A stretch of 64,000 nucleotides of DNA from Candidatus Wolfebacteria bacterium GW2011_GWE2_44_13 (GCA_001000675.1 LCHW01000002.1:5310-69309); one strand, 5' to 3'; positions 26,110 to 36,223 are shown, counted from the first letter of the stretch. Numbers and translations are program-made. The notes: generated by a model not told the origin, from the letters alone.

Positions 26110-27252
26110 ATGGATACACAGCAAGCAGCGGGAATAGGTGGAAAGAAAATCGCATTGTGGGCGGTGATTGCATTAGTGGTAATCGGAGGCGGTTGGATGG
26201 TAATAAAAAAGCCATCGCAGGTAAACGCAGAACCAATTAAAATAGGGTTCATCGCGCCGCTGACGGGAGATGCTGGCAGCTACGGCGTAAATGCCAAGGC
26301 AGCGGCAGAACTTGCAGTAGAAGAAATAAATAGTATGGGAGGAATTAACGGAAGGACTATTCAGCTAATTGCAGAAGATGGAAAGTGTACCGGAAAAGAC
26401 GCAAGCTCCGCGGCAAATAAATTGATAAATATCGACAAGGTAACGGCCATTGTCGGAGGGTTTTGCTCAGGCGAAACAATGGCATTTACTGACCTAGCAG
26501 AACAGACAAAAACCATCGTAATTTCCGAAGCTTCGTCAAACCCGGCAATTACAAATGCCGGAGACTATATATTTAGAGACTATGCATCTGATACGGCACA
26601 GGGAAAAGCTGCAGCAGAATTTATCTATAACAAGCTAGGTAAAAAGAAGGTTGCTGTGTTGTACGTAAATATCGATTGGGGCAAAGGGGTAAAGGATGTA
26701 TTTATCAGTGAGTATAAGAAGCTAGGAGGGGAAATAGTTATAGAAGAAAGTTATACGCAGGGAAGCAGGGATATGCGGTCGCAACTCGCTAAAGTTAAGC
26801 AGTCTAACCCTGATGTTTTGTATTTCCTGAGCTTTACGGATGATGCGGTTATTGGGCTAAAGCAGGCAAAGACCCTCGGCCTAAATCTTCCTATTGTCGG
26901 AGGAGATGCGTTTGATGGGCCTCAGTTTTATTCAGATCCAATAGCGGATGGAATTATGTACGTGGCATCCCTCGTACCCTCAAATGAAGCTTTTGAAGCA
27001 AAAATGGCTACCAAAACGGGGAGTGATGTGATAAATGCCGGCGCTCCTCAGGCATACGACGCAGTCAAGATACTGGGTGATGTTATGCGAAAGGTAGGAA
27101 CAAATACAGAGCTAATAAAAAATGCCTTGTACGAAGTGAAGGATTATCAAGGGGTTTCGGGTACTATCGGGTTTGATAGTAATGGAGACCTTGCAACGCC
27201 AAACTTAATTATTAAATTGATTAAGGATGGAAAAGCAGAACAATTGAAATAA
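26110..27252 (+). CDS. LivK-type substrate-binding protein 3 (no paired TrmB)
   Basis: IKIGFIAPLTGDAGSYGVNAKAAAELAVEEINSMGGINGRTIQLIAEDGKCTG... The track start at 26089 is TTG; the in-frame ATG is at 26110. Confidence 0.85.
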   Translation: MDTQQAAGIGGKKIALWAVIALVVIGGGWMVIKKPSQVNAEPIKIGFIAPLTGDAGSYGVNAKAAAELAVEEINSMGGINGRTIQLIAEDGKCTGKDASSAANKLINIDKVTAIVGGFCSGETMAFTDLAEQTKTIVISEASSNPAITNAGDYIFRDYASDTAQGKAAAEFIYNKLGKKKVAVLYVNIDWGKGVKDVFISEYKKLGGEIVIEESYTQGSRDMRSQLAKVKQSNPDVLYFLSFTDDAVIGLKQAKTLGLNLPIVGGDAFDGPQFYSDPIADGIMYVASLVPSNEAFEAKMATKTGSDVINAGAPQAYDAVKILGDVMRKVGTNTELIKNALYEVKDYQGVSGTIGFDSNGDLATPNLIIKLIKDGKAEQLK

Positions 27253-27258
27253 ACCCTT

Positions 27259-27300
27259 TAAAACCACCCGTTCGCCATCTGGCGAACGGGTGGTTTTTTA
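27259..27300. terminator. bidirectional terminator AAAACCACCCGTTCGCCAtctGGCGAACGGGTGGTTTTTT
   Basis: Identical core to the terminator at 29352. Confidence 0.75.
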
Positions 27301-27311
27301 ATTGAGCCGCT

Positions 27312-28055
27312 TCATTTCAAAAACTTCCACAGCAATTCAAACGACATACGGTGGAGCTGGTGGATCTCGGGGCTTTCGATAATAACCCCCATGAAGTTTT
27401 CCTTGAACGAAATAAGAGCGACCTTATTCGCATAAATTTCGGCATCTGCAATAAAAGGGAAATCTTTACCGGGTACGATCTTTATCTCGCGGAGTTCTTT
27501 TACGTCATTTTTTTGCCACTCACGCGCAAGGGGGGAGTCGGGAGCGATAACTTTGATTCGAATTTTCTTTGCGACACGTTGACGGATATAATCGTTCGAA
27601 AATTCTTCAGGGACTAATTTGTCGAAATCGGTGAGACCGGCATAGTCGAGTATGGTATCCCCTGAATTACACGAAGTGAGCGTATCGGCAAATAGTTCCC
27701 TTGCACCACCGAGACCCTCAAAGTAGGTAATTTTAGGCTTGCTAGGGAGAATGCTTTGGAGTGCTGCAAATTGTGGTAGAGCGCGTTCGAGGCGCTGGAT
27801 CTTCATATCAAGCCCCGTCTTAAGAGATCGGGGGTCGTCAATATAAAAAAAGCGCTTCGATTTTCTGCTTCCAGCCTGGACAACGCCATCCGCCATAAGC
27901 TCGGGGATAAGATTGTATACTGTGGTTCGCTTAATGCCGGTTTTACGGGAAATATCCAGTATAGAGGCTTCTCCGAGTTCTAAAATAGCCAAGTAAATCT
28001 TGGATTTTTTAGGGCTGTAGCCAATGTTTTCGAGGAGATCTTCTAGTCTATTCAT
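27312..28055 (-). CDS. TrmB-family transcriptional regulator 3
   Basis: LLENIGYSPKKSKIYLAILELGEASILDISRKTGIKRTTVYNLI... Confidence 0.75.
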   Translation of the reverse strand: MNRLEDLLENIGYSPKKSKIYLAILELGEASILDISRKTGIKRTTVYNLIPELMADGVVQAGSRKSKRFFYIDDPRSLKTGLDMKIQRLERALPQFAALQSILPSKPKITYFEGLGGARELFADTLTSCNSGDTILDYAGLTDFDKLVPEEFSNDYIRQRVAKKIRIKVIAPDSPLAREWQKNDVKELREIKIVPGKDFPFIADAEIYANKVALISFKENFMGVIIESPEIHQLHRMSFELLWKFLK

Positions 28056-28058
28056 AAT

Positions 28059-28078
28059 ATGTCTACCATTTTAGACAT
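28059..28078. promoter_or_regulatory. candidate TrmB3 operator ATGTCTA-N6-TAGACAT (perfect 7-bp arms)
   Basis: Lies 4 bp upstream of the trmB3 start codon, in the region divergent from SBP4. Confidence 0.45.
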
Positions 28079-28221
28079 CAAAATTATAGCAAAAATAGTG
28101 CAATATAGTCAATTTTAAAGGCATTTTTGCATAAGTTGACAGAAGTAGTATAACATTGTCTGACACAAGTTTTAAAATGTGGCATTGTGAGGTTAATAAA
28201 TTAATCAATCAATTTGTAACC

Positions 28222-29346
28222 ATGCAAAAAAAAATAAAAACAGTTTTATCAATCATCGTGGTGGCATTGGTCCTGTGGGGCGGATATGCTATGGCCACAA
28301 ACCAAAAAGGTCTCGGAAATCAAACAATCACAATCGGCGCTGTGTTGCCACTTAGCGGTGATCTCGCGGTATATGGGGAAGGTGCAAAGAATGCCGCCAT
28401 CATGGCAATTGAGGACGCGGGTATGAAGGATAGTGTAAAGTTCATTGTAGAAGACGATAAAGGATGTGCACCGGTTGGAGGCGTGAGTGCGGCCCAAAAG
28501 TTATTAAATGTAGATAAGGTAAATGCTATCTATGGGCCAATGTGTTCATCTGAGGCGCTTTCGGTAGCACCGCTCACTGAGCCATTAAAGATCCCGATGG
28601 TCATCGGTGCTGCGACATCAAAAACATTGAGCGGTGCGGGGAACTATATATTTAGGACTATCGCATCAGACTCAGTGCGCGCATATGCAGTTGCAAATTA
28701 TGCGTACGCGAAAGGATTCAAAAAAGCTGCGTTCATATTTGATAGCAGTCAGGACGCATTGATTCAAGAAAAGAACGATGCAAAAGAAGCATTCATGAAA
28801 GCGGGCGGAGAGACAGTTTTAGAGGAATCATTCGGAGCGAAGGATGTTGATTTCAAAACTCAACTCAGTAAAATAAAAAATTCGGGTGCGGACGTAATAT
28901 TTGTAGGTGCGTTCTACAAACCGACAGCACTGATCATCAAACAGGCACGCCAGATGAATATCAATGTGCAGTTTGTAGGAACGGACGAATCAGTGGATGT
29001 GAAGGAATTCTTTGCAGTTGGAGGGAACTATCTTGAAGGAGTTATCGCTCCTGCAATGGTGAAGCCAGACACGGAAGAAGCGAAGTCATTTAAAGCGCGA
29101 TACAAGGCGCGCTTTGGAATCGACGCGACCATTTATACCGCTGAAGGATATGATGCAATGGCGTTATTACTTAAAGCAATTAAGACGGAGGGGTTAGGAG
29201 GCGACCAAATCAAGGCAGGATTGCTCAAGGTGGGCAACAATTACCCAGGAGCAAGCGGAATCATAACCTTTAACAGTAAAGGTGACGTAGAAAAGCCCGC
29301 AGTCGTGAAGGCTGTAAAAAGCGGAGTATTTGAAGAAGTAAAGTAA
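28222..29346 (+). CDS. LivK-type substrate-binding protein 4 (recent duplicate of SBP1)
   Basis: ATG at 28222 gives MQKKIKTVLSIIVVALVLWGG.... About 80% identical to SBP1. Confidence 0.85.
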   Translation: MQKKIKTVLSIIVVALVLWGGYAMATNQKGLGNQTITIGAVLPLSGDLAVYGEGAKNAAIMAIEDAGMKDSVKFIVEDDKGCAPVGGVSAAQKLLNVDKVNAIYGPMCSSEALSVAPLTEPLKIPMVIGAATSKTLSGAGNYIFRTIASDSVRAYAVANYAYAKGFKKAAFIFDSSQDALIQEKNDAKEAFMKAGGETVLEESFGAKDVDFKTQLSKIKNSGADVIFVGAFYKPTALIIKQARQMNINVQFVGTDESVDVKEFFAVGGNYLEGVIAPAMVKPDTEEAKSFKARYKARFGIDATIYTAEGYDAMALLLKAIKTEGLGGDQIKAGLLKVGNNYPGASGIITFNSKGDVEKPAVVKAVKSGVFEEVK

Positions 29347-29351
29347 ACCCT

Positions 29352-29390
29352 AAAACCACCCGTTCGCCATCTGGCGAACGGGTGGTTTTT
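29352..29390 (+). terminator. intra-operon terminator/attenuator between SBP4 and livH
   Basis: AAAACCACCCGTTCGCCAtctGGCGAACGGGTGGTTTTT. livH starts 34 nt downstream on the same strand. Confidence 0.65.
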
Positions 29391-29423
29391 AGTTCAAAGC
29401 GAAAACCTGTATAATTAAACGCA

Positions 29424-30293
29424 ATGGGTATTATTCCACAAATCATCGCCAATAGTATTATCGCTGGAGCAATCTATGCGCTTGTGGCACTTGGCTTTAA
29501 TCTTATTTATCGCGCGACAAACTTTTTTAACCTCGCACACGGAGCCGTTTCGGTGGTGGGTGGATATATCGTGTTTGGGTTATATCGATTGTTAGGATTG
29601 CCATTATGGATCGCAATCATTTGTGGGGTGCTTGGTTCGGGAGTTGTGGGCTATGTATTAGAAAAAATACTATTTCTCCCATTGCGCAAAAGGAAGTCTT
29701 CACAGATGGTCCTTATTGTTGCCTCGCTCGGCGCATTCACGATTATTCAGGCGGTTATCGCGATTATCTTTTCAAGTCAATTCCAAACGCTGTTTGATAG
29801 CAGTATGGAGACAAAACTCTATCAGATCGGGGGAGGCATTATCACGCAGGTGCAGCTGATTATATTGATAGCAGCATTGCTTATTATGGGGACGCTTGCG
29901 TGGGTAAAGGAGCGAACCATGTTCGGGAAAATGGTGAGCGCGATTAGCGACGACGCAGTTGTTGCGCGCATTGTGGGCATCAACACAAATAAATTAATAG
30001 GACGCGTATTCTTCATCGGTTCGGCAATCGCAGGGTTTGCGGGGATTATGATCGGATTCGACACAGGACTCGAGCCGACCATGGGAATGTCATTATTAAT
30101 GAAAGGCGTTATCGCGGCAATCGTAGGAGGGGTGGGTAATATTTACGGAGGTGTGCTCGGTGCATTTCTCCTTGGGTTTGCAGAAAACTTTGGCGTGTGG
30201 CAGGTCTCGGGCGAATGGAAGGATGCGATTGCATTTGCAATCTTAATCCTCTTTTTAATATTTAGGCCGAAGGGTATTCTTGGGAAAAAATAA
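29424..30293 (+). CDS. livH: branched-chain amino acid ABC transporter permease LivH
   Basis: 289 aa with about 8 TM helices; the N-terminus IIANSIIAGAIYALVALGFNLIYRAT is typical of LivH. Confidence 0.85.
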   Translation: MGIIPQIIANSIIAGAIYALVALGFNLIYRATNFFNLAHGAVSVVGGYIVFGLYRLLGLPLWIAIICGVLGSGVVGYVLEKILFLPLRKRKSSQMVLIVASLGAFTIIQAVIAIIFSSQFQTLFDSSMETKLYQIGGGIITQVQLIILIAALLIMGTLAWVKERTMFGKMVSAISDDAVVARIVGINTNKLIGRVFFIGSAIAGFAGIMIGFDTGLEPTMGMSLLMKGVIAAIVGGVGNIYGGVLGAFLLGFAENFGVWQVSGEWKDAIAFAILILFLIFRPKGILGKK

Positions 30294-30295
30294 GT

Positions 30296-31165
30296 ATGGA
30301 ATATATCATCCACCTCATAATTTTATTCGGTATCTATGGCATCCTTGCATTAAGCTTGGATCTTATCGTTGGGTTTACCGGATTGCTCTCGTTGTCACAC
30401 GCGGCATTCTATGGCATCGGTGCATATGCTGTTGCGGTACTAAGTACCACCTATGGTATGAACTTTTTTGTTGCCGCGTTGATTGGTATGAGCGTTGCGG
30501 CTGTTGTCGCACTGATGATTGGTTTTGTGTTAAGAAAATTCAAAGATGATTACTATGCGCTCGCATCGTTTGGATTTAACGTAATCGCAGTGAGCATCTT
30601 TTTAAACTGGGAATCAATAACAAAAGGCCCGCTCGGTATTCCAGGGATTAAGCGACCGGAACTGTTTGGATTTGTATTTTCGACGAACACGCTCTATATG
30701 ATTTTGACGCTAGCACTCTTTGCATTGACTGCGCTATTTGTGTGGCATATAACGAAGTCTTCATTTGGACGAGTGTTGCGAGCGATTCGAGAAGATGAAA
30801 AAGCACTGGAAGTATTTGGATATCGCATTACGCGGTATAAGCTTGCCATTTATGTCATTAGCGGGGCTCTAGCTGCCCTTGCGGGGGCGCTATACGCCTC
30901 GTATATCACGTACGTAGATCCATCTACCTTTACGGCGAATGAGTCCATCGTAATCCTTTCCATGATTATTTTAGGAGGGCTGGCGAGTTTGCGCGGGGCA
31001 ATCGTAGGGGCTGCAATTTTAATCGCCCTCCCCGAGGCGCTTCGGTTTGTGGGACTTCCAATGGACGTTGCCGCGCAACTTCGACAGGTAATTTATGGCC
31101 TTATTCTCGCCCTCCTCATGCTCTACCGCCCAAAGGGAATGTACGGGGAATATGAGATGAAATAA
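30296..31165 (+). CDS. livM: branched-chain amino acid ABC transporter permease LivM
   Basis: 289 aa; ILALSLDLIVGFTGLLSLSHAAFYGIGAY matches the LivM family. Confidence 0.85.
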   Translation: MEYIIHLIILFGIYGILALSLDLIVGFTGLLSLSHAAFYGIGAYAVAVLSTTYGMNFFVAALIGMSVAAVVALMIGFVLRKFKDDYYALASFGFNVIAVSIFLNWESITKGPLGIPGIKRPELFGFVFSTNTLYMILTLALFALTALFVWHITKSSFGRVLRAIREDEKALEVFGYRITRYKLAIYVISGALAALAGALYASYITYVDPSTFTANESIVILSMIILGGLASLRGAIVGAAILIALPEALRFVGLPMDVAAQLRQVIYGLILALLMLYRPKGMYGEYEMK

Positions 31166-31229
31166 AGGAGTTGTAAATATTATTTACAAATATATTGACA
31201 ATATATTTTACATGCAGTAATATAGGTGC

Positions 31230-32000
31230 ATGATTAAGAATCTTCAGGAGCTGCGAAAGAAAAACGAAGTATCTCAAGAGTATCTGGCAAGCTACCTCGG
31301 TATTTCGCGGCCCACGGTAGAGAAAATAGAAAAAGGCGAGAAGGACATCACCGTTTCGCAAGCAAAAAAACTGGCAAAATTATTCGAGCTCTCTCTGGAC
31401 GAGCTTATTAGTGGAAAAGTGAAAAGAACTATAGAAGTAACAATAGAGAAGGCAGTGGCAGCGGAACAAAAAGAAGCAATGGAAATCAGGATAAGCGTGC
31501 CACAAAAAAAGCTTAAAAAATTTAAGGAGGTATTGTTGTATATTTTGGAGCGGGTGGGAAGTAAGCCAAACGTAGGGATGACAGTAATCTACAAGCTACT
31601 TTACTTTATTGATTTCGATTATTATGAAAAATTCGAAGAGCAGCTTATCGGAGCTACGTATATTAAAAACCATTTTGGGCCAACCCCCGTGGAGTTTAAA
31701 AAAATAGTGGAGGCAATGGAGGAGCGCAAAGAGCTCGAATCTATTAAAAGTAAATACTTTGAGAAGGATCAAAAGAAATATCTCCCTTTGAGAAGGGCCG
31801 ATATCAGTGCGTTCTCGGGAGAAGAAATAAAACACATCGACGATATATTAAATAAGCTTGCCGACAAGTCGGCTAAGGAGCTTAGTGACTACTCGCATAA
31901 GGATGTTCCGTGGATAGCGGCTGAGGATGGAGAGCCAATTGATTACGAGTCAGTATTTTATAGAACTAAAGAAACCTCCGTTCGTGAGTATGAAAATTAA
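31230..32000 (+). CDS. HTH-XRE + Panacea (DUF4065/SocA-like) domain antitoxin
   Basis: N-terminal XRE HTH (LRKKNEVSQEYLASYLGISRPTVEKIEKGEKD) fused to a C-terminal domain (YKLLYFIDFDYYEKFEEQLIGATYIKNHFGPTP) typical of DUF4065. Confidence 0.6.
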   Translation: MIKNLQELRKKNEVSQEYLASYLGISRPTVEKIEKGEKDITVSQAKKLAKLFELSLDELISGKVKRTIEVTIEKAVAAEQKEAMEIRISVPQKKLKKFKEVLLYILERVGSKPNVGMTVIYKLLYFIDFDYYEKFEEQLIGATYIKNHFGPTPVEFKKIVEAMEERKELESIKSKYFEKDQKKYLPLRRADISAFSGEEIKHIDDILNKLADKSAKELSDYSHKDVPWIAAEDGEPIDYESVFYRTKETSVREYEN

Positions 32001-32364
32001 ATATCGAGAAACTGATGCGTTTTACAAGGATCTAAAAAAGCTTCTAAAGAAATTTGTAACATTGGAGGCTGATTTACGTGTTGCAAAAACCAACGCCATA
32101 GAAATGTATCATATAAAAAATGTTGATAACGAATCGGTATTTGCGTTGCAACATTTCTGCAGTGAAAATGTGCGGGTGTATAAACTAAAGAAATTTGCTT
32201 GCAAGTGCCTAAAGGGAAGAGGGATGAAAAGCGGAATACGAGTAATATATGCGTATTACCCTAAGGATTATGTTGTTGAGTTTGTCGAGATATATTTTAA
32301 AGGAGTGAAGGAAAATGAAGACAAGGAAAGAATAAAGGAGTATATAAAAGCGATTATAGAATAG
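31990..32364 (+). CDS. RelE/ParE-superfamily toxin-like protein
   Basis: ATG overlaps the upstream stop by 11 nt. FYKDLKKLLKKF...GIRVIYAYYPKDYVVEFVEIYFKG fits the RelE/ParE pattern. Confidence 0.5.
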   Translation: MKIKYRETDAFYKDLKKLLKKFVTLEADLRVAKTNAIEMYHIKNVDNESVFALQHFCSENVRVYKLKKFACKCLKGRGMKSGIRVIYAYYPKDYVVEFVEIYFKGVKENEDKERIKEYIKAIIE

Positions 32365-32384
32365 AAAATGCTTGAAAGGGCGTT

Positions 32385-33140
32385 CTATACCGGTTTCGAA
32401 TCGAACGATGGCGCCATCATCCATGAACTTTGAAAAATAAGCTTCATAATTTGGGCGAGCTCCTTACTTTCAATAATAAAGCCAAAGCTTTCTTGGCGGG
32501 ATGAGATATAGGCAACCTTATTATCAAAAATACATAGCACACCGCTGAATACGTATTCTTTTGGAAGCCACTTTATTTCTCGAAGGACTTTCTTATTTGA
32601 TTGTAGATAATATTCAGGTATCTTGCTTTGGTTTGTTAAAAGCACCCGCGAGATGACTTCTCGTTTTACTCTTCGTTTTACCCAGCGTTCCATGTAGATA
32701 TTTCCAAATAAATCAATCAAATCGCTCATTGAGCTCCAGAAAAATTGCTCTTTTTGCTCGACAAGCAAAAGCTCTTCCATAATCGCCTTTGCTCCGACAA
32801 ACCCATCATAAAAGCGGATGGCGGGTTTGGGGGTGCTCTGGTTTCTTATTTCTGTTAGAAACGGCAAGAGCTCCTTAAAGGAGGAGAGCCTATCTTCATT
32901 TTTTGAGAGAAGGGTGCTTGGATCTTCTGCAATAAATAATCTCCGTTTTCCTTTTTTCGATTCGGTTATATAGCCCATCTGCAAAAGATCTAAAACGATG
33001 TCATAAACAGTTGTTCGCTTAATCCCCGTCTTATGCGCAATGTCTATGGTGGTTGCTCTGCCCAATTCCAGTATGGCCAAATACACTTCAGATTTTCTTG
33101 CACTCAATCCCTGTCTTACGAGTTCTTTTATGATGTCCAT
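32385..33140 (-). CDS. TrmB-family transcriptional regulator 4
   Basis: ELVRQGLSARKSEVYLAILELGRATTIDIAHKTGIKRTTVYDIV... Confidence 0.75.
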   Translation of the reverse strand: MDIIKELVRQGLSARKSEVYLAILELGRATTIDIAHKTGIKRTTVYDIVLDLLQMGYITESKKGKRRLFIAEDPSTLLSKNEDRLSSFKELLPFLTEIRNQSTPKPAIRFYDGFVGAKAIMEELLLVEQKEQFFWSSMSDLIDLFGNIYMERWVKRRVKREVISRVLLTNQSKIPEYYLQSNKKVLREIKWLPKEYVFSGVLCIFDNKVAYISSRQESFGFIIESKELAQIMKLIFQSSWMMAPSFDSKPV

Positions 33141-33151
33141 AGTTATTTAAA

Positions 33152-33169
33152 TGACGATAAAAACCGTCA
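33152..33169. promoter_or_regulatory. candidate TrmB4 operator TGACG-N8-CGTCA
   Basis: Perfect 5-bp inverted repeat inside AAATGACG...CGTCAAATTT, 12 bp upstream of the trmB4 start. Confidence 0.45.
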
Positions 33170-33252
33170 AATTTATATATTGATTATCAGTTAAGTAAAG
33201 GGTTATTGTCAAGATAACCTAATTCATAAATCAATAAAAAGGTTTAAATGTT

Positions 33253-34386
33253 ATGCATAAAATAATAAAAATAGCGCTCATCCTAGGAATTTGCACAGCA
33301 GTAATTGGAAGCGGGTACTTTTTTACTAAAAGCACTAAAGGAGGCACAATTGATGTCGGCGCTATAGTTCCTTTTACGGGAAGTTCCGCAGTAGTGGGAG
33401 AATTGATAAAAAATGGGTTAGAAATTGCAGCGGAGGAAATTAATAGTAAGGGTGGGGTGAATGGGAAGGTAATTAAACTTATGTTCGAGGACAACCAAAC
33501 CAAGACGGAAGTAGGGCTGTCTGCCTTTATGAAATTGAAAGACATTAATAAAGTTAAGTATGTGATTACGAGTGTGAGCGGGGTTGCTCTGGCAATCTCT
33601 CCTGTTGCTAACGAAAACAAGATAGTTCAAATGGATGTAGTTGCCGCTACTCCTAAATATTCGACGCCAGACGACTTTACGTTTAGAACAGGGGTGAGCT
33701 CGTATTTTTTCGCACGAGAGATGGCAAAGTTAATGATAGATAGAAATATAAAAGATGCTGGCATTCTCTTCGTGAATACTGAGTACGGGCAAGGGTTTAA
33801 GGATGTTTTTCAAAATGAATATACCGAAAGAGGAGGGGTAATATCCGTTGCAGAAGGATACGGGCAAGAGGATAAAGATTTTAGAACGCAATTAACAAAA
33901 ATAAAAAGTAGAAATCCTGAGGCACTACTATTAGTATCACTGCAAAAGGAAGCATCCACAATTCTTAAACAGATGGGCGAGCTAAAAATGGACACGCCTA
34001 TCTATTCGGATGTGTATGCAATGGAGCAAGAGAGTAATTTAAAACTGGCGGAGAATTTAAAAATTTACTATTTTAAACCGACAGTAGATTATATAAGTAG
34101 TGACGCGGCAACAACATTTGAAAATGCATATAAAAATAAATATGGAAAAGAGCCGGATTTTATAGCAGCGCAAGCATATGATGGGATAAACCTATTGGTG
34201 GCTGCAATACAAAAATGTAATGATTATAAAAATACCGTTTGTGTAAAAGATGCATTATATGCGTTAAGGGATGTTAAGGGGGTAATATCGGAGCATATGG
34301 ATTTTGATGTAAATGGAGACATAATGAATAGGCCGCTAGAATTACGAACAATTATTGGCGGAAAATTTGTTGGGATAAAAACTTAG
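33253..34386 (+). CDS. LivK-type substrate-binding protein 5
   Basis: TM anchor followed by IDVGAIVPFTGSSAVVGELIKNGLEIAAEEINSKGGVNGK... Confidence 0.85.
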   Translation: MHKIIKIALILGICTAVIGSGYFFTKSTKGGTIDVGAIVPFTGSSAVVGELIKNGLEIAAEEINSKGGVNGKVIKLMFEDNQTKTEVGLSAFMKLKDINKVKYVITSVSGVALAISPVANENKIVQMDVVAATPKYSTPDDFTFRTGVSSYFFAREMAKLMIDRNIKDAGILFVNTEYGQGFKDVFQNEYTERGGVISVAEGYGQEDKDFRTQLTKIKSRNPEALLLVSLQKEASTILKQMGELKMDTPIYSDVYAMEQESNLKLAENLKIYYFKPTVDYISSDAATTFENAYKNKYGKEPDFIAAQAYDGINLLVAAIQKCNDYKNTVCVKDALYALRDVKGVISEHMDFDVNGDIMNRPLELRTIIGGKFVGIKT

Positions 34387-34484
34387 TAATGGCTATCAGA
34401 CAAACTGCCCTTGTAGGGGCATTTTGTTATGGTAAACTGTTACCATGGTTATGGTAAATAGACACCATAAAATGTATTTCGATT

Positions 34485-35219
34485 ATGGACGCACTACGCA
34501 TTAAAAATATTAAAAAACGATATCAAGAAGTGGTTGCAATCGATGACCTCTCTATTGTGATAGAGAAAGGAATTGTAACCGGTATTGTTGGTCCGAATGG
34601 CTCGGGCAAGTCAACTGCAATGAATATCATTAGCGGGATGATTTCTATGGACGATGGTGCATTAGTTATTGGAGAAAAAGAAACGCTAAAACGTATGTTG
34701 CCGTACGAAGCACCGGTCTATGGTATTACACGAACATTTCAGGAGGTGCGCCTGTGGGAACAGATGTCGGTGCTCGACAATCTTCTCGTTGTACTTACTG
34801 ATCGTGATTTACTGGATGCATTTTTTGAACGACATGGTGCATTTCATTTAGAACAGGCAGAAGTAATTTTGAAGCGCGTAGATATGTGGGGGAAAAAAGA
34901 TGCGCTTGTTGCAAATCTTTCGTATGGGCAACGAAAATTAATTGAAATAGCACGCGCGCTTGCAATGGGTGCGAACATCTATTTGTTTGACGAGCCATTT
35001 GCAGGATTGTTCCCAGAAATGCGCAAGATAGTAACTGCGGTTATTAAAGAATTGAAGCAGGAAGGAAAGACGGTGATTTTAATTGAACATAACATGGGGC
35101 TTATTCGAGAGCTTTGCGACCATCTAATTGTAATGGATAGTGGAAAACTGCTCGCCGAAGGCAAGCCCGAAGAGGTGCTTGCGCGGAGAGATGTTGTGGA
35201 GGCGTATTTGGGGGAATGA
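34485..35219 (+). CDS. livG: branched-chain amino acid ABC transporter ATP-binding protein LivG
   Basis: Walker A GPNGSGKST, signature SYGQRKLIEIARAL, Walker B IYLFDEPFAG. Length and the missing C-terminal extension fit LivG. Confidence 0.8.
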   Translation: MDALRIKNIKKRYQEVVAIDDLSIVIEKGIVTGIVGPNGSGKSTAMNIISGMISMDDGALVIGEKETLKRMLPYEAPVYGITRTFQEVRLWEQMSVLDNLLVVLTDRDLLDAFFERHGAFHLEQAEVILKRVDMWGKKDALVANLSYGQRKLIEIARALAMGANIYLFDEPFAGLFPEMRKIVTAVIKELKQEGKTVILIEHNMGLIRELCDHLIVMDSGKLLAEGKPEEVLARRDVVEAYLGE

Positions 35220-35256
35220 GATGATAAATGTTTAATTACTAATTTCTAATAACTAA

Positions 35257-35293
35257 TAAAAAATCCTCCGTCATTTGGCGGAGGATTTTTTTA
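35257..35293. terminator. bidirectional terminator AAAAAATCCTCCGtcatttggCGGAGGATTTTTTT
   Basis: Hairpin between the convergent livG and trmB5 ends. Confidence 0.6.
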
Positions 35294-36050
35294 CAGATTT
35301 TTTAACCACGGTGGCTGGAGTTGATATTTGCCACAGCGCTTTAAATAAAAATTGCAGCGTATTTCTAAAATCGGCGTTGTCTACGATAAATCCAAAGCTA
35401 TCTTGTTGCGCAGAAATAACAGCGACTTTTGTGCCATAGAGAGCAATCGTATGGGGGAGTTCAAAGCCGAGCGGTGCGAAGCGGATATCGCGAAGATGAT
35501 GTGCATCTTTTGCATAGAGTGTATCGTTAATCTCTGAGTGTTCTGTGCGTATGCCAGTCGCATGGATACCAAGATCGATTCGCTTGCGCACCCATTGCGC
35601 CATAAAGTCTTCGCCCGCAGTCTTTGCAAGATCCGCAGAGGAGCCAATATAGAAATATTCCTTAACACCAGACGAAAGAATATCATCATAGATAGAATGA
35701 ATACCTGTTTTGCCAGAATAGAATTTTATGGTAGGTTGAGCGCCAGTTGATTTTTGGATGGTAAAAAGATCGGGAAGCATTTGCTTGACCGTCTGCATGT
35801 GCTCTTCTGCTCGAGCAAAGAGAATATTAGGGGACTCAGCGGTATACGTAAGCTTGTCCTTCTGGGGAACGATAGCGACTAAGCCACGTTTTGCGAGCTC
35901 CTCGAGAATGAGATAGCAAGTAGGGCGCTTAAGGCCAGTTTTCTTTGCGATATCGGAAACAGCGAAACTTCCCAAGCTGAGGGATTGTAGATATACGGCA
36001 GCTTCTTTGTCGGAGAGGCCGATGGATTGTAGCTGTTCAGATAGGCTCAT
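35271..36050 (-). CDS. TrmB-family transcriptional regulator 5
   Basis: The internal ATG (36050) gives MSLSEQLQSIGLSDKEAAVYLQSLSLGSFAVSDIAKKTGLKRPTCY, aligned with the other TrmB N-termini. Confidence 0.7.
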   Translation of the reverse strand: MSLSEQLQSIGLSDKEAAVYLQSLSLGSFAVSDIAKKTGLKRPTCYLILEELAKRGLVAIVPQKDKLTYTAESPNILFARAEEHMQTVKQMLPDLFTIQKSTGAQPTIKFYSGKTGIHSIYDDILSSGVKEYFYIGSSADLAKTAGEDFMAQWVRKRIDLGIHATGIRTEHSEINDTLYAKDAHHLRDIRFAPLGFELPHTIALYGTKVAVISAQQDSFGFIVDNADFRNTLQFLFKALWQISTPATVVKKSVKKSSAK

Positions 36051-36079
36051 GTATAAAGAATAGAGGTATATCGCAAGCA

Positions 36080-36096
36080 TGTCAAGTTTTCTGACA
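36080..36096. promoter_or_regulatory. candidate TrmB5 operator ATGTCA-N6-TGACA
   Basis: Inverted repeat 30 bp upstream of the trmB5 start. Confidence 0.4.
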
Positions 36097-36223
36097 ACAC
36101 AATATAGAAAATAGTGCATTATATATGCCTATAAATCAAGTAAATAAAAAGTGACAGAAACTATTGACAAAAGCAACTGCGTGTGCTAGTATATCGACAT
36201 AGTCATTAATAACAACTCATAGC

